Shown here: piece after piece, positions 24,649 to 38,331 of the stretch
Numbering within the stretch: the stretch's first letter is position 1
Layout: each line of letters opens with the position of its first letter
DNA from: the human T2T-CHM13v2.0 reference genome, Homo sapiens
Assembly: GCF_009914755.1 (NCBI RefSeq)
Contig: NC_060931.1
Reading direction: 5' to 3' (one strand)
Length of the DNA: 64,000 bases
Program-made: the position numbers and the translations under genes
Notes under the pieces: generated by a model
The model's database searches: none
What the model was told of the DNA's origin: nothing
The model's input: the letters and a program-made list of their open reading frames with translations, nothing else

Positions 24649-27600
24649 GTAATTTCCTTCCATTAAAAATTGTTAATCTGAGTTTAATGCTTATAGGCTT
24701 GTAGGGTAAAAAGACAAAGCAGGAAATACAGTAGGATGATCTAATATATGCATTGAAGTTACTTAAATTCACCTATACACATTTGTAAAAGTATTTTTAC
24801 TTAAAAATAGTTTAAATAGTCATTCTATTAAATGAGCACATGGCCAGGTCCAGTATTTACTGGAAAAAAATACATGAATGGTAGGATTTTTCTGACCACT
24901 GACAGATAAATAAATCACATCATTCAGGTGTCGGTCAAGAGACAGATAATGGGAATGTCAACATTCTTCAAGGAAAAAAGGATAGAGCATTTGGGGGCCA
25001 TATAAAATTTAAACTACAAAGAATTAGAATAAGTAATAACAATCGTCTATAAAATTGTATAAATAAAATTATGTACCTTGTATTTTAAGGGTGATTTAAG
25101 GATTTTTATGGGTGATCTCAAGAATAACTTTGACTATACTCAATTTTACATTATCAGTTGACCTTTGAGCTGAACTCTAATCCTCCCTCCAATGCAATGG
25201 CATAATCTACTACAGATAGCCTCTACAAAAGCAGCTTAGAGAGACAACAGAAAAACCAAATACAAACATTGTCATAAAAACAGGAGATCTCAAAAGTAGC
25301 TCTTCTGTAGCCACTTCTACCCAGGACAAATGTGTTTGAAATTAAAAGACAGTAATATACCAAAATATTTTTTTAAGGTAGATAATTAATGAAAACATAC
25401 AATAAAATAGCTTTTTTAAAAAGGTTAAAATGCAGACACCAGAAGAGTACACAGCATATGTCACACATGGTTATGAGATGATGACAACAATCTTGGCTAC
25501 AGTTTCTCAGCTATTCATATTAATAAAACTTTACTTTGTTAAAAGGAATACATATCTAATTATAAGTTTTATTTTTCAAATACAGTACCATTTCATTTAG
25601 CCTAGGAAGTGATCTTTAAACAAGATATAGTCCTACCAAAACAAGCTTCAGTGGCTTCAACCCAGAGATCTCAGATAAGTAATTTTATCATTAGGGCCAA
25701 AGACTCCTTTGAGAATCTGCTGAGAGCTATGAATCTTCTCACAAGAAAAACCCAGACACAGACACCCAAATTTTACACAGCACGAAGTTCACTGACGGAG
25801 GACACGGGAGATCCCAGAATCAAACCCTTGCCCAGATGCTCTATACCAGTCTTACCTGCTCTTGAAATTTTTTTGATCATATACTACCATCAGTAAAAAC
25901 AAAATTTGAGCATCTATACCCCATATATGTGTATTTAATTATTTATAAGCTACATATATACTATTCAATGACATATACAGACAAAACAAAGACTTTAAAA
26001 ATCATAACAATAAATATAAATGCAAGTTCTAATAGTTTCTTCACACAGTCCAACGACTTACTTTATGAATGCAAGGAAATGCACAAACTCCACTTTGGAA
26101 ACCACTGGTATATGCTCTGTGGTGGGTAATCCTACCAGCCCTGTACATGGCCTGTGTCCTACGTTGTGACAGCAATACCATATAATGAGAAGTCAGGAAG
26201 CTGAATGCATCATCACGGTAAGAATGGAAGGTATGTTTTGCAAAACGGGAAAGTGCTTTCACTAGAACTTCTTAGTGGACTCAACTTGGTATCTTGAGAC
26301 TCAGGGTCAAGACTTAGAGATATCTAGGCAAAGAACAGTCTCTATCATCAGATGTTTTGGTTTTCAGGCTATTTCAGGTTGACTTCATCAACAGAAACCC
26401 AGGAGCCTGTTGCTATAGTGCACCGAAGAAATAGACAAATATTACCTCATAAAAACTAGTTCCAAGACATCATTGTGTTGAATTTAATATTTTTAAAAAT
26501 CTGATAGATTGACTAACAGATCACTCTGACCAACACACAGTTCTTCAATTCTGAAAATTTTCTATAAAGACTGGACCACAAGAAACCTTAAAAATGAACT
26601 TCTCTAAAATTCTACCTGAGAGGTTTCTGGCATGGCAATAATTAGATTATAAAATGTACTTTTAAAATTAAAAGCACCAACAATTAAGAAAAAACGGCAA
26701 TACTCAGACAAAGCTTTAATAGCAATCATTTGACAAATGTAAAAGAGTTTTAAACCTCTATTTCCGTAAAAAGGTAAAAGCATTTTAAAACCAAGCAAAT
26801 TTTTTAAAATACTACTATTAGAAGTAATACTACTATTAAAAGCAAGCAAATATTTTAAAATACTACTATTAGAAAGATCTAATTATCAAATGTTGTTAAC
26901 TCCCTTAGTCAAGTATCTAAATGCTTATGTCCATTTGGAAGTTCATTTTGTTAAAAGATTAAGTAAAATACACACCAGGCAAGAAGCTTAGTAAGTTAAG
27001 CAGTAGTTAAGCATAAGGTTCACATTATCTAGATTATCTGTCAATAAAAAAAATTCTTCATGACAAACTGCACATCACCTCCCCCAACTAGAATTCAACT
27101 GAAAATATTTTATGCATAATTCCTTGAATAATGATCTTTTTCTATTCATACCTATAAAAGAATTAACATACAGAATAAAATCTCATTTAAGAAAGGGCTG
27201 GTTTCTCTACCTGCAATATGAGTCAATAGAATTTATGTTCTTTAGCCCACCTGAGTAAACTGCTACTTTTAGCAAGCTTATTCATCTTCCTAAAGCAGCA
27301 AAAAGTAGTTAAGAGAGAGTTTATAAAGCTTGACACATAAAGGGATCATTAATATGACTTTATCAATAAATTATATATGTTGGCATTTACACAAATGGCT
27401 GACATAAATATCCATGGTTTTAATGTAAGATTACCAGAAAGAACACGTACATCTTGTTATTTTAAAAAAAAAACTTATAGATTAAATGTTCTTTGCTGAA
27501 ATATTAGGATTAGCATACTTTTTTCCTTCTGAACTCAAAGGTTAGATTATTAGACTATGTTTCCAAATCTCTTCCTCTAAACCAGATTTTTGAAATAATA

Positions 27601-27802
27601 TTAGCTAAGACAGTGTTGGGAAAAAAAAGTGACAAAGAGTATGAAATAATGAAATCTACAGTCATTTTAAAACAGGAATAATTTAAATTGGCTCATTGCC
27701 AATTGTTTTATTCATTCAAAAACAAAGTCATCATAAAACGAAAGAGAGGCTCCACTTCTGAGGTGGAATGAAAGATGATGCTGTTGAAGCAAACGCTTTA
27801 CC

Positions 27803-28096
27803 TTTTTTTTTTGAGATGGAGTTTTGCACTTGTCGCCCAGGCTGGAGTGCAGCAGCGCGATCTCAGCTCACTGCAACCCAAGCCCTCCTGGGTTCAAGCG
27901 ATTTTCCTGCCTCAGCCTCCCAAGTAGTTGGGAATACAGGCGCCCACCACCACGCCCGGCTAATTTTTGTATTTTTAGTAGAGATGGGGTTTCACCATGT
28001 TGGCCAGGCTGGTCTCAAACTCCTGACCTCAGATGATCCGCCCTCCTGGACCTCCCAAAGTGCTGGGATTACAGGCGTGAGCCACTGTGCCCAGCT
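27803..28096 (-). mobile_element. AluS with TSD CTTTACCTTTT
   Basis: Full dimer in reverse orientation; direct repeat on both flanks. Confidence 0.95.
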
Positions 28097-29888
28097 GACT
28101 TTACCTTTTCACCAGTCTTACTGTGCAAGTATATTTTCATGAAATTATATCAATTGGAGATATACTTATTGACTTCAGGCTCCAGCCTATATGGAGTAAA
28201 AGAGGCCAGATTTTCCCTCTCAACTTTATAAACTGAAATACTGAACAAAGTATATGAAACAACAGTTTTCAAGACCCTAGACATCAGGAAACGAAGGACA
28301 GTGATCACTGAGAGATGAGAAACAAACAAGGTGGGCCCTATGATTGCCACAGTTTACCACCTAAAGAGAGACTGCAGTGTAGAGAGAAGAGCTGAGGAGA
28401 GCTCCAGCCATCTCCCTAAGTTCATGAGATGAAGCTTGGAGCATAAGGATGACACAGTGGCCAGTGGGCTGCACAAAGGAAGAACCTGGCAGACAACTGA
28501 CCAGTGTATGCTTGTGGGGAGCAACTAATCAAGAAATGAAGCAGGTGACAGAATGAGTAGCAAAGACATTAAAACGGTTATTTTAACTACATTTCTTATT
28601 TCAAAAGCTAGAGGAAAGATAAAACTTGCTAAGTAGAGATATGAAAGAAAATAGACTGAAACTGACCTTCTACAAAGGAAAATTATACTGTGGGATATGC
28701 AAATTATACTAGATAGGATTAATGGCAGATTAGACACTGCAGAAGAAGAGATTAGTAAATTTAAAGACACAGCAACAGGAAAACAAAACAAAGAGCAAAA
28801 TAAGAATGAAAAAAGCATCAATGAACCATGAATTAATTTGAAATGTCTTATGTACTTGTGATTAGAGTCCCTGAAGGAGAAGAGAAGAAAAAACACTATT
28901 TGAAAAAATAGTGGCTGAAAATCTTTCAAATATGATGAAAATTAACCAAAGAAGTATAATAATCTCAAAGAACAAGGAATCAGAAAAGAACAAACTAAAC
29001 CCAAAGTTAGCAGAAGAAAGAAAATAATAAAGACTGAAGCAGAAATAAATGAATTAGAAAATATAGAAACATTAGAAAAATCAACAAAAGAGTTGGATTT
29101 TTTAAAAGATAAAAGTGACAAAAACCTTAGCTAGACTAACTCAAAGAGAAGTCAGAAATAACTAAAATAAGAAATAAAAAGAGATATTCCAACAAATGAC
29201 ACAAATAAAAAGATCATAAGGAACTATTATGAACCATTATATGCCAACAAATTGGATAACCCAAAAGAAACAGATAAATTCCTAGAAACATACAATCTGC
29301 CCAGACTAACTTTAGAAGAAATAGAAAACCTGAGCAAACTAATAAACAAGAAGATTGAATCACTAATCAAAACTTTCCAGCAAAGAAAAGCCCAGGACCA
29401 GATGGCTTCAAAAGGTAAATTCGACCAGACAATTCAAAGAAAAACTAATATGAACTCTTCATAAACTGATCCAAAAACAGAAAAGGAAAGTAAACTTCCA
29501 AGCTCATTTTACAAGGCCAGCATCGCCCTGATTCCAAAGCCAATAAAAAGGCAACAAAAGTAAAGAAAACTACAGGGCAGTATTCCCAGTAAACACAGAT
29601 GCAAAACTCCTCAATACAATGCTAGCTAGCAAACCTAACTCAACAACACATTAATAGGATCGTACGCCCTAGCCAAATGGGGCCAATTTATTGCTGGGAT
29701 GCAAGTATGGTTCAACATATGAAGGTCAATCAATGTGATATACCACACTAGCAGAATGAAAGACAAAACCACATGATTAGCTCAGTAGATGTAGAAAAGA
29801 GCAACTGACAAAATTGAATATACTTTCATGATAAAAACTCTCAACAAAACAGGTAAAGAAGGAATTTATCTCACCATAATAGAGACAT

Positions 29889-30156
29889 TTTTTTTTTTAA
29901 GAGACAGAATCTCACTCTGTCACCCAGGCTAGAGTGCAGAGCCTCAGCCTCCTGGCAAATGATCCCACCTCAGCCTTCCAGGTAGTTGGGACTATAGGCG
30001 CATGCCACCATGCCAGGCTAATTTTTGTATTTTTTGCAGAGACAGGGTCTCATTTTGTTGCCCAGGCCGGTCTTGAACTCCTGGACTCAAGCTATCCACC
30101 CACCTTGACCTCCCAAAAGTGCTGGGATTACATGCATGAGCCACTGCACCCAGCCA
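29889..30156 (-). mobile_element. AluJ with internal deletion
   Basis: Poly(T), GAGACAGAATCTCACTCTGTCACCCAGGCT...GAGCCACTGCACCCAGCC. Confidence 0.9.
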
Positions 30157-30756
30157 AGACAATAGATATTTTTAGAAACCCACAGCTAACATTATAATCA
30201 ATGGGAAGAAACTGAAAGCTTCTAAGATCTGGAAGAAGGCAAGGATGCCCACTTTTGCCACTGCTATTCAACATACTACTTGAAGTCCTAGCCAGAGCAA
30301 TCAAGTTAGAAAAACTTTAAAAATCCATCCAAATAGGCAGAGAAAAAGTAAAATTATCTACATATGCAGTTGAAATGATCATACAGGTAGAAAATCTTAA
30401 GGACTCCATCAAACAAAACTTTTAGAATAAATGAATTCAGTAAAATTACAGGTTACAAAATCAACATAAAAAACCAGTGGAATTTCTATACACTAAGAAT
30501 GGACTTTCCAAAAACGAAATTAACAAAATAATCCTACTTGTAATAGCATCAAAAAGAATGTCATAATAAACTCGACAACTTAGATGAAATAAACAAATTC
30601 CTTAAAAGACACTAACAAAGTTCACTAAAGAAGACCTAAACAAAACTACAAACAAGAGAAAGTAAAAGACATGTAAAAGACTCAATATTGTAAAGATGTA
30701 ATCCTTTCCAACATGTTTTATAGATTCAATACAATCCCAGTCAAAATCCTAGCAGA

Positions 30757-31045
30757 TGTGGTGGCTCATGCCAGTAATCCCAGCCCTTTGGGAGGCTGAA
30801 ACAAGAAAATCACTTGAAGCAGGAGTTTGAGATCAGCCTGGGCAACACAGCAAGAGCCAAAGACTACACGAAATTTAAAAATTAGATGGCCATAGTGGTG
30901 AATGCCTGTAGTCCTAACTTCTTAGGAGGCTTAGGCAGGAGGATCACTTGACATCACGAGGTTGTGGCCACAATGACTTAAAATCATACCACTACACTCC
31001 AGCCTGGGTGACAGAACAAGACTTTGTCTCCAAAACAAACAAACG
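30757..31045 (+). mobile_element. AluJ
   Basis: GTGGTGGCTCATGCCAGTAATCCCAGC...CCAGCCTGGGTGACAGAACAAGAC. Confidence 0.88.
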
Positions 31046-31464
31046 GTATTAGTCTGTTCTCACACTGCTATAAAGAAATACTTCAGACTGGGTAATTTAT
31101 AAAGAAAAGAGGTTTAATTGGCTCATGATTCCATGGGCTGTAGAGGAAGCATGATACTGGCATCTGCTCAGTTTCTGGGGAGGTCTAAGGAAACTTTCAA
31201 TCATGGGGGAAAGTGAAGGGGAAACAGGCACATCTTACATGGCCGGTGCAGGAGCAAAGGGTTGGGGGAGGCACCCGACACTTTTAGACAACCAGGTCTC
31301 ACAATAACTCACTATTGCCATGACAGCAGCACCAAGGGGGATGGTGTTAAACCATGAGAAACTGCCCCCAAAATCCAGTCACCTCCCACCAGACCCCACC
31401 TCCAACACTGGGAATCACAACTGAACATGAGATCTGGGTGAGGACATAGATCCAAACCATATCA
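31046..31464 (-). mobile_element. MST (MaLR) solo LTR
   Basis: GTATTAGTCTGTTCTCACACTGCTATAAAGAAATAC...CCAAACCATATCA. Confidence 0.88.
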
Positions 31465-32711
31465 CATGCACACAAAACAATTTTTTAAAAACCTAAAGAA
31501 CTTATACTACCAATGTCAAGTTTTATGACCAATCTATTGTAATCCAGACAGTGTAGTACTGATGTAAAGAAAAAAAAAGACACTGATGGAAAAAAAAAAA
31601 AAAAAGAGAGAGCACAGAAACAGAATCACATTCACACATATGTGGACAATTGGCTTTCAATGAAAATCCAAAGGTAATGCAGTGGAAAATGAATAAACTT
31701 TTCAAGCAATGGTGCTGGAATAACTGGCAACCAGTATGGAAAAAAACCCCTCCAATCTATATGTCATACTATATTCAAAAATTAACTCAAAGTGAGTCAT
31801 GGGCCAAAGCACAGAAACTAAATGTATAAAACTTCTAGAAGAAAACATAGAGGACAGTCTTTGTGATCCCGGGTTAGAGAAAGATTTAGTAGATTATGAC
31901 ATCAAAAGCACAATCCATAAAAGAAAATTTAATAAATTTGACTTCATCAAAATTAAGGATGTCTGCTTGTTCAAAGATATTGTTAGGAGAATGAAAAGAC
32001 AGGTAACTAAATGGAAGAAATATTTACACGTCATATATTTTGATAAAGAACTTTAACCAAGAATATGTAAACAGCCCTCAAAGTTAAATAACAAGAAAAT
32101 AAATCCAATCGTTAAAATTAACAAAAGATCTTAATAGACATTTTGCCAAAGAAAATATGCAACAGTGTATTGGTCCATTTTCATGATGCTGATAAAGACA
32201 TACCCGAGACTGGGAAGAAAAACAGGTTTAATGGAATCACAGTTCCATATGGCTAGGAAGGCCTCACAGTCATGGCAGAGGGCGAAAGGCACTTCTCACA
32301 TAGCGGCAGCAAGACAGAATGGAAGCTTGTGCTGGGAAGCTCCCCTTTTGAAAACCATCAGATCTTGTGAGACTTATTCACCATCACAACAACAGCATGG
32401 GAAAGACCTGCCCCCATGATTAAATTACCTCCCACTGAATCCCTCCCACAGCATGTGAGAATTCAAGATGAAATTTGGGTGGGGACACAACCAAACCATA
32501 TTATTCTGCCCCTGGCCCCTCACAAATCTCATGTCCTCTCATTTCAAAACCAATTATGCCTTCCCAACAGTCTCCCAAAGTCTTAACTCATTTCAGCATT
32601 AACTCAAAAGTCCACAGTCCAAAGTCTCATCTGAGACAAGGCAAGTACCTTCTGCCTATGAGCCTGAAAAATCAAAAGCAAGTTAGTTACTTCCTAGATA
32701 CAACGGGGATA

Positions 32712-33745
32712 TATTGGGGGACCCTGCTGCCAATATTTCAATGTAGGTTCTATTTTCCATAAGTGTAGGCCAGCTGAGAAATAGAGAGAGACAGTACAAA
32801 GAGAGGAATTTTATAGCTGGGCCGCCAGGGGTGACATCACATATCAGTAGGACCGTGATGCCCACCTGAGCCTCAAAACCAGCAAGTTTTTATTAAGGGT
32901 TTCAAAAGGGGAGGGGGTGTAAGAACAGGGAGTAGGTACAAAGATCACATGCTTCAAAGGGCAAAAAGCAGAACTACTAATAAGGATCTAACAAAGATCA
33001 CATGCTTCTGAGGGAACAGGACAAAGGGAAAAAGAAGAACCACTGATAAGGGTCTGTTCAGCGGTGCACATATTGTCTTGATAAACATCTTAAACAACAG
33101 AAAACAGGGTTCGAGAGCAGAGAACTGGTCTGACCACAAATTTACCAGGGCGGAGTTTTTCCCCACCCTAGTTAAGCCTGAGGGTACTGCAGGAGACCAC
33201 AGCATATCTCAGTCCTTATCTCAACCGCATAAGACAGTCATTCCCAGAGCGGCCGTTTATAGACCTCCCCCCAGGAATGCATTCTTTTCCCAAGGTATTA
33301 ATATCAATATTCCTTTCTAGGAAATGAATTTAGCGATATCTTCCCTATTTGCATGTCCATTTATTGACTCTCTGCAAGAAGAAAAACATGGCTCTTTCTG
33401 CCCGACCCCGCAGGCAGTCAGACCTTATGGTTGTCTTCCCTTGTTCCCTAAAAATCACTGTTATTCTATTCTTTTTCAAGGTGCACTGATTTCATATTGT
33501 TCAAACACACGTTCTACAATCAATTTGTACAGTTAACACAATTATCACAGTGGTCCTGAGGTGACATACATCGTCTGCTTATGAAGACAACAGGATTGAG
33601 AGATTAAAGACAGGCATAAAAAATTATAAAAGTATTATTTGGGAACTGACAAATGTCCATATTAAAATGAGATCTTCACAATTTATGTTCCTCTGCGGCA
33701 GCTCCAGCCAGTCCCTCCATTCGTGGTCCGTGACTTCCCGCAACA
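32712..33745 (-). mobile_element. MER11 (HERVK11) solo LTR with 6-bp TSD GGGATA
   Basis: Ends ...TGACTTCCCGCAACA (reverse complement of the MER11 start TGTTGCGGGAAGTCA); GGGATA at 32706-32711 and 33746-33751. Confidence 0.9.
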
Positions 33746-34843
33746 GGGATACAGGCATTGGGTAAATACAGCCATTCCAAACAGGAGAAATTGGCCAGGA
33801 CAAAGATGCTACAGGCCACAGACAAGTCCAAAATCCAGCAGGGCAGTCAAATCTTAAAGCTCCAAAATGATCTCCTTTGACTCCATGTCTCGCATCCAGG
33901 TCATGGTGATGCAAGAAGTGGGTTCCCATGGTCTTGGGCAGCTCCACCCCTGTGGCTTTGCAGGGTACAGCCTCCCTCCCAGCTGCTTTCACAGGCTGGT
34001 ATTGGTTTTCCAGGCACACAGTGCAAGCTGTCAGTGGATCTACCATTTTGAGGTCTGGAAGATGGTGGCCCTCTTCTCACAGCTCCACTAGGCAGTGCCC
34101 CAGTAGGGACTCCGTGTGGGGGCTCTGACCCCACATTTTCATTCCGTACTGCCCTAGCAGAGGTTCTCCGTGAGAGCCCTGCCTTTGCAGCAAACTTCTG
34201 CCTGGGAACCCAGGTGTTTCCATACATCTTCTGAAATCTAGGTGGAGGTTCCCAAACCTCAATTCTTGACTTCCGTGCACCACACGCTCAACACCACATA
34301 GAAGCTGCCAAAGCTTGGGGCTTCCACCCTCTGAAGCAACAGCCCAAGCTGTACCCTGGCCCTTTAGTCACGGCTGGAGCAGCTGGGACACAGGGCACCA
34401 AGTCCCTAGACTGCATACAGCAGAGGGACCCTGGGTCCAGCCCCATGAAACCACTTTTTCCTCCTAAACCTCCCAGCCTGTGATGGGAGGGGCTGCCGTA
34501 AAGGTTTCTGACATGCCCTGGAGACACTTTCCCCATTATCTTGGTGATTAACATTCAGCTCCTCATTACTTATGCAAACTTCTGCAGCTGGCTTGAATTT
34601 CTCCTTAGAAAATGGAATCTTCTTTTCTATTGCATTGTCAGGCTGCAAATTTTCCAAACTTTTATGCTGTTTTCCTTTTAAAACTGAATGCCTTAATGTT
34701 TTAAATGTTTTATGTTTAAATGTTTAATGTTTTAAAATTGAACAGCACTCAAGTCACCTCTTGAATGCTTTGCTGCTTAGAAATTTCTCACACCAGACAC
34801 CCTAAATCATCTCTCTGAAGTTGAAAGTTCCACAAATCTCTAG

Positions 34844-36295
<1,452 letters not shown>

Positions 36296-37377
36296 TCATC
36301 TTTGCTCCAGTTCGCAACAAGTTCCTCATCCCCACCTGAGACCACCTCAGCCTGGACTTTATTGTCCATATTGCCATCAGCATTTTGGGCAAAGCCATTC
36401 AACAAGTCTCTAGGAAGTTCCAAACTTTACCATATTTTCCTTTCTTCTTCTGAGCCCTCCAAACTGTGCCAACCTGTGCCTGTTACCCAGTTCCAAAGTC
36501 GCTTCCATATTTTCAGGTATCTTTTCAGCAGTGCCCCATTCTACTGTTACCAATTTACTGTATTAGTCTGTTTTCATGCTGCTGATAAAGACACACCCAA
36601 GACTGGGAAGAAAAACAGGTTTAATGGACTCATGGTTGCATGTGGCTGGGGAGGCCTCACAATCATAGTGGAAGGTGAAAGGCACTTCTTACATGGCAGC
36701 AGCAAGAGAGAATGTGAGCTTGTGCAGGGAAACCCCCTTTTTAAAACCATCAGATCTCATGAGATTTACTATTATGAAAACAGCAAGGGAAAGGCCTGCC
36801 CCCATGATTCAATTACCTCCCACCACACCCCTCCCACAACATGTGGGAATTCAAGATGAGATATGGGTGGGGACACAGCCACACCATATCAAATGGCAAA
36901 TAATCACATTAGTTATCAGGGAAATGCAAATTAAATCTTCCCTTCCTAGATATGCATCCAACAGAAATGTTGATATGACTGTTCAAGCTGCATTATTTGC
37001 AATACCCAAAAGTTGTAAACAACTCAAAGGTCTTCCAATGGGTGAACAGATAAACAAATTGTGATATATACATACAAGAGAGTACTATTCAACAATAAAA
37101 AATGAACTATTCATACATACATCATCACAGATGCATCTTAAATATGATGAGTAGAAGAAGTCAGGTAAATGGTACATATTGTATGATTTCATATATATAA
37201 AATTCTAGGAAGTGCAAACTAATTTATAGTTATACAAAGAAGGTCAGGCACATGTATGAGAATGGCCAAAATCCAGAACACTGACACCATATGCTGGTGA
37301 GGATGTGGAGCAACAGGAACTCTCATTCTATGCTGTCAGGAATGTAAAATGGTACAACCACTCTTTTCAAAAATTGA

Positions 37378-38331
37378 ATTTTATTTTAAGTTCTGGGATA
37401 CATGTGCAGGATGTGCAGGTTTGTTATCATGTGCTATGGTGGTTTGCTGCACCTATCAATCTATCACCTAGGTGTTAGACCCCACATGCTTAGCTGTTTA
37501 TCCTGATTCTCTCCCTCCCCCGACCAAGGCCCAGTGTGTGTTGTTCCCCTCCCTGTGTCCATGTATTCTCATTGTTCAGTTCCCACTTATAAGTGAGAAC
37601 ATGTGGTGTTTGGTTTTCTGTTCCTGTGTTAGTTTGCTGAGGATAATGGCTTCCAACTCCATCCATATCCGGGCAAAGGACATGATCTTGTTCCTTTTTA
37701 TGGCTGTATAATATTCCATGGTGTATATGTACCACATTTTCTTTATCTAGTCTATCACAGATGGGCATTTGGGTTGATTCCATGTCTTTGCTATTGTGAA
37801 TAGTGCTGCAATGAACATATATGTGCATGTATCTTTATAACTGATTTTTATTCCTTTGGGTATATACCCAGTAATGAGACTGCTGGGTCAAATGGTATTT
37901 CTGGTTCTAGGTCTTTGGGGAATCGCCACACTGTCTTCCACAATGGCTGAACTAACTTACATTCCCAACAACAGTGTAAAAGTGTTCCTATTTCTCCACC
38001 ACCTCACCAGCATCTGTTGTTTCTTGACTTTTTAATAATTGCCCTTCTGACTGGCATGATATGGTATCTCATTGTGGTTCTGATTTGCATTTCTCTAATG
38101 CTCAGTGATGTTGAGCTTTTTTTCATATGTTTCTGGACCACATAAATGTCTTCTTTTGAGAACTGTCTGTTCATGTCCTTTGCCCACTTTTTAATGAGGT
38201 TTGTTTTTTTCTTGTAAATTTATCTAAGTTCCTTGTAGATTCTGGATATTAGACCTTTGTTAGATAGACTGAAAAAATTTTCTCCCATTGTGTAGGCTGT
38301 CTGTTCACTCTCATGATAGTTTCTTTTGCTG
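37378..38331 (-). mobile_element. Older L1PA 3' fragment
   Basis: TTTTAAGTTCTGGGATACATGTGCAGGATGTGCAGG... is the reverse complement of an L1 3' UTR and ORF2 end. Confidence 0.9.

Larger units (their letters stand above)
28170..32165 (+). mobile_element. Old L1 (L1M/MA/MC) composite, interrupted by two Alus and an MST LTR
   Basis: ORF2-like peptides such as DKFLETYNLPRLTLEEIENL and IKLLEENIEDSLCD. Confidence 0.85.
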
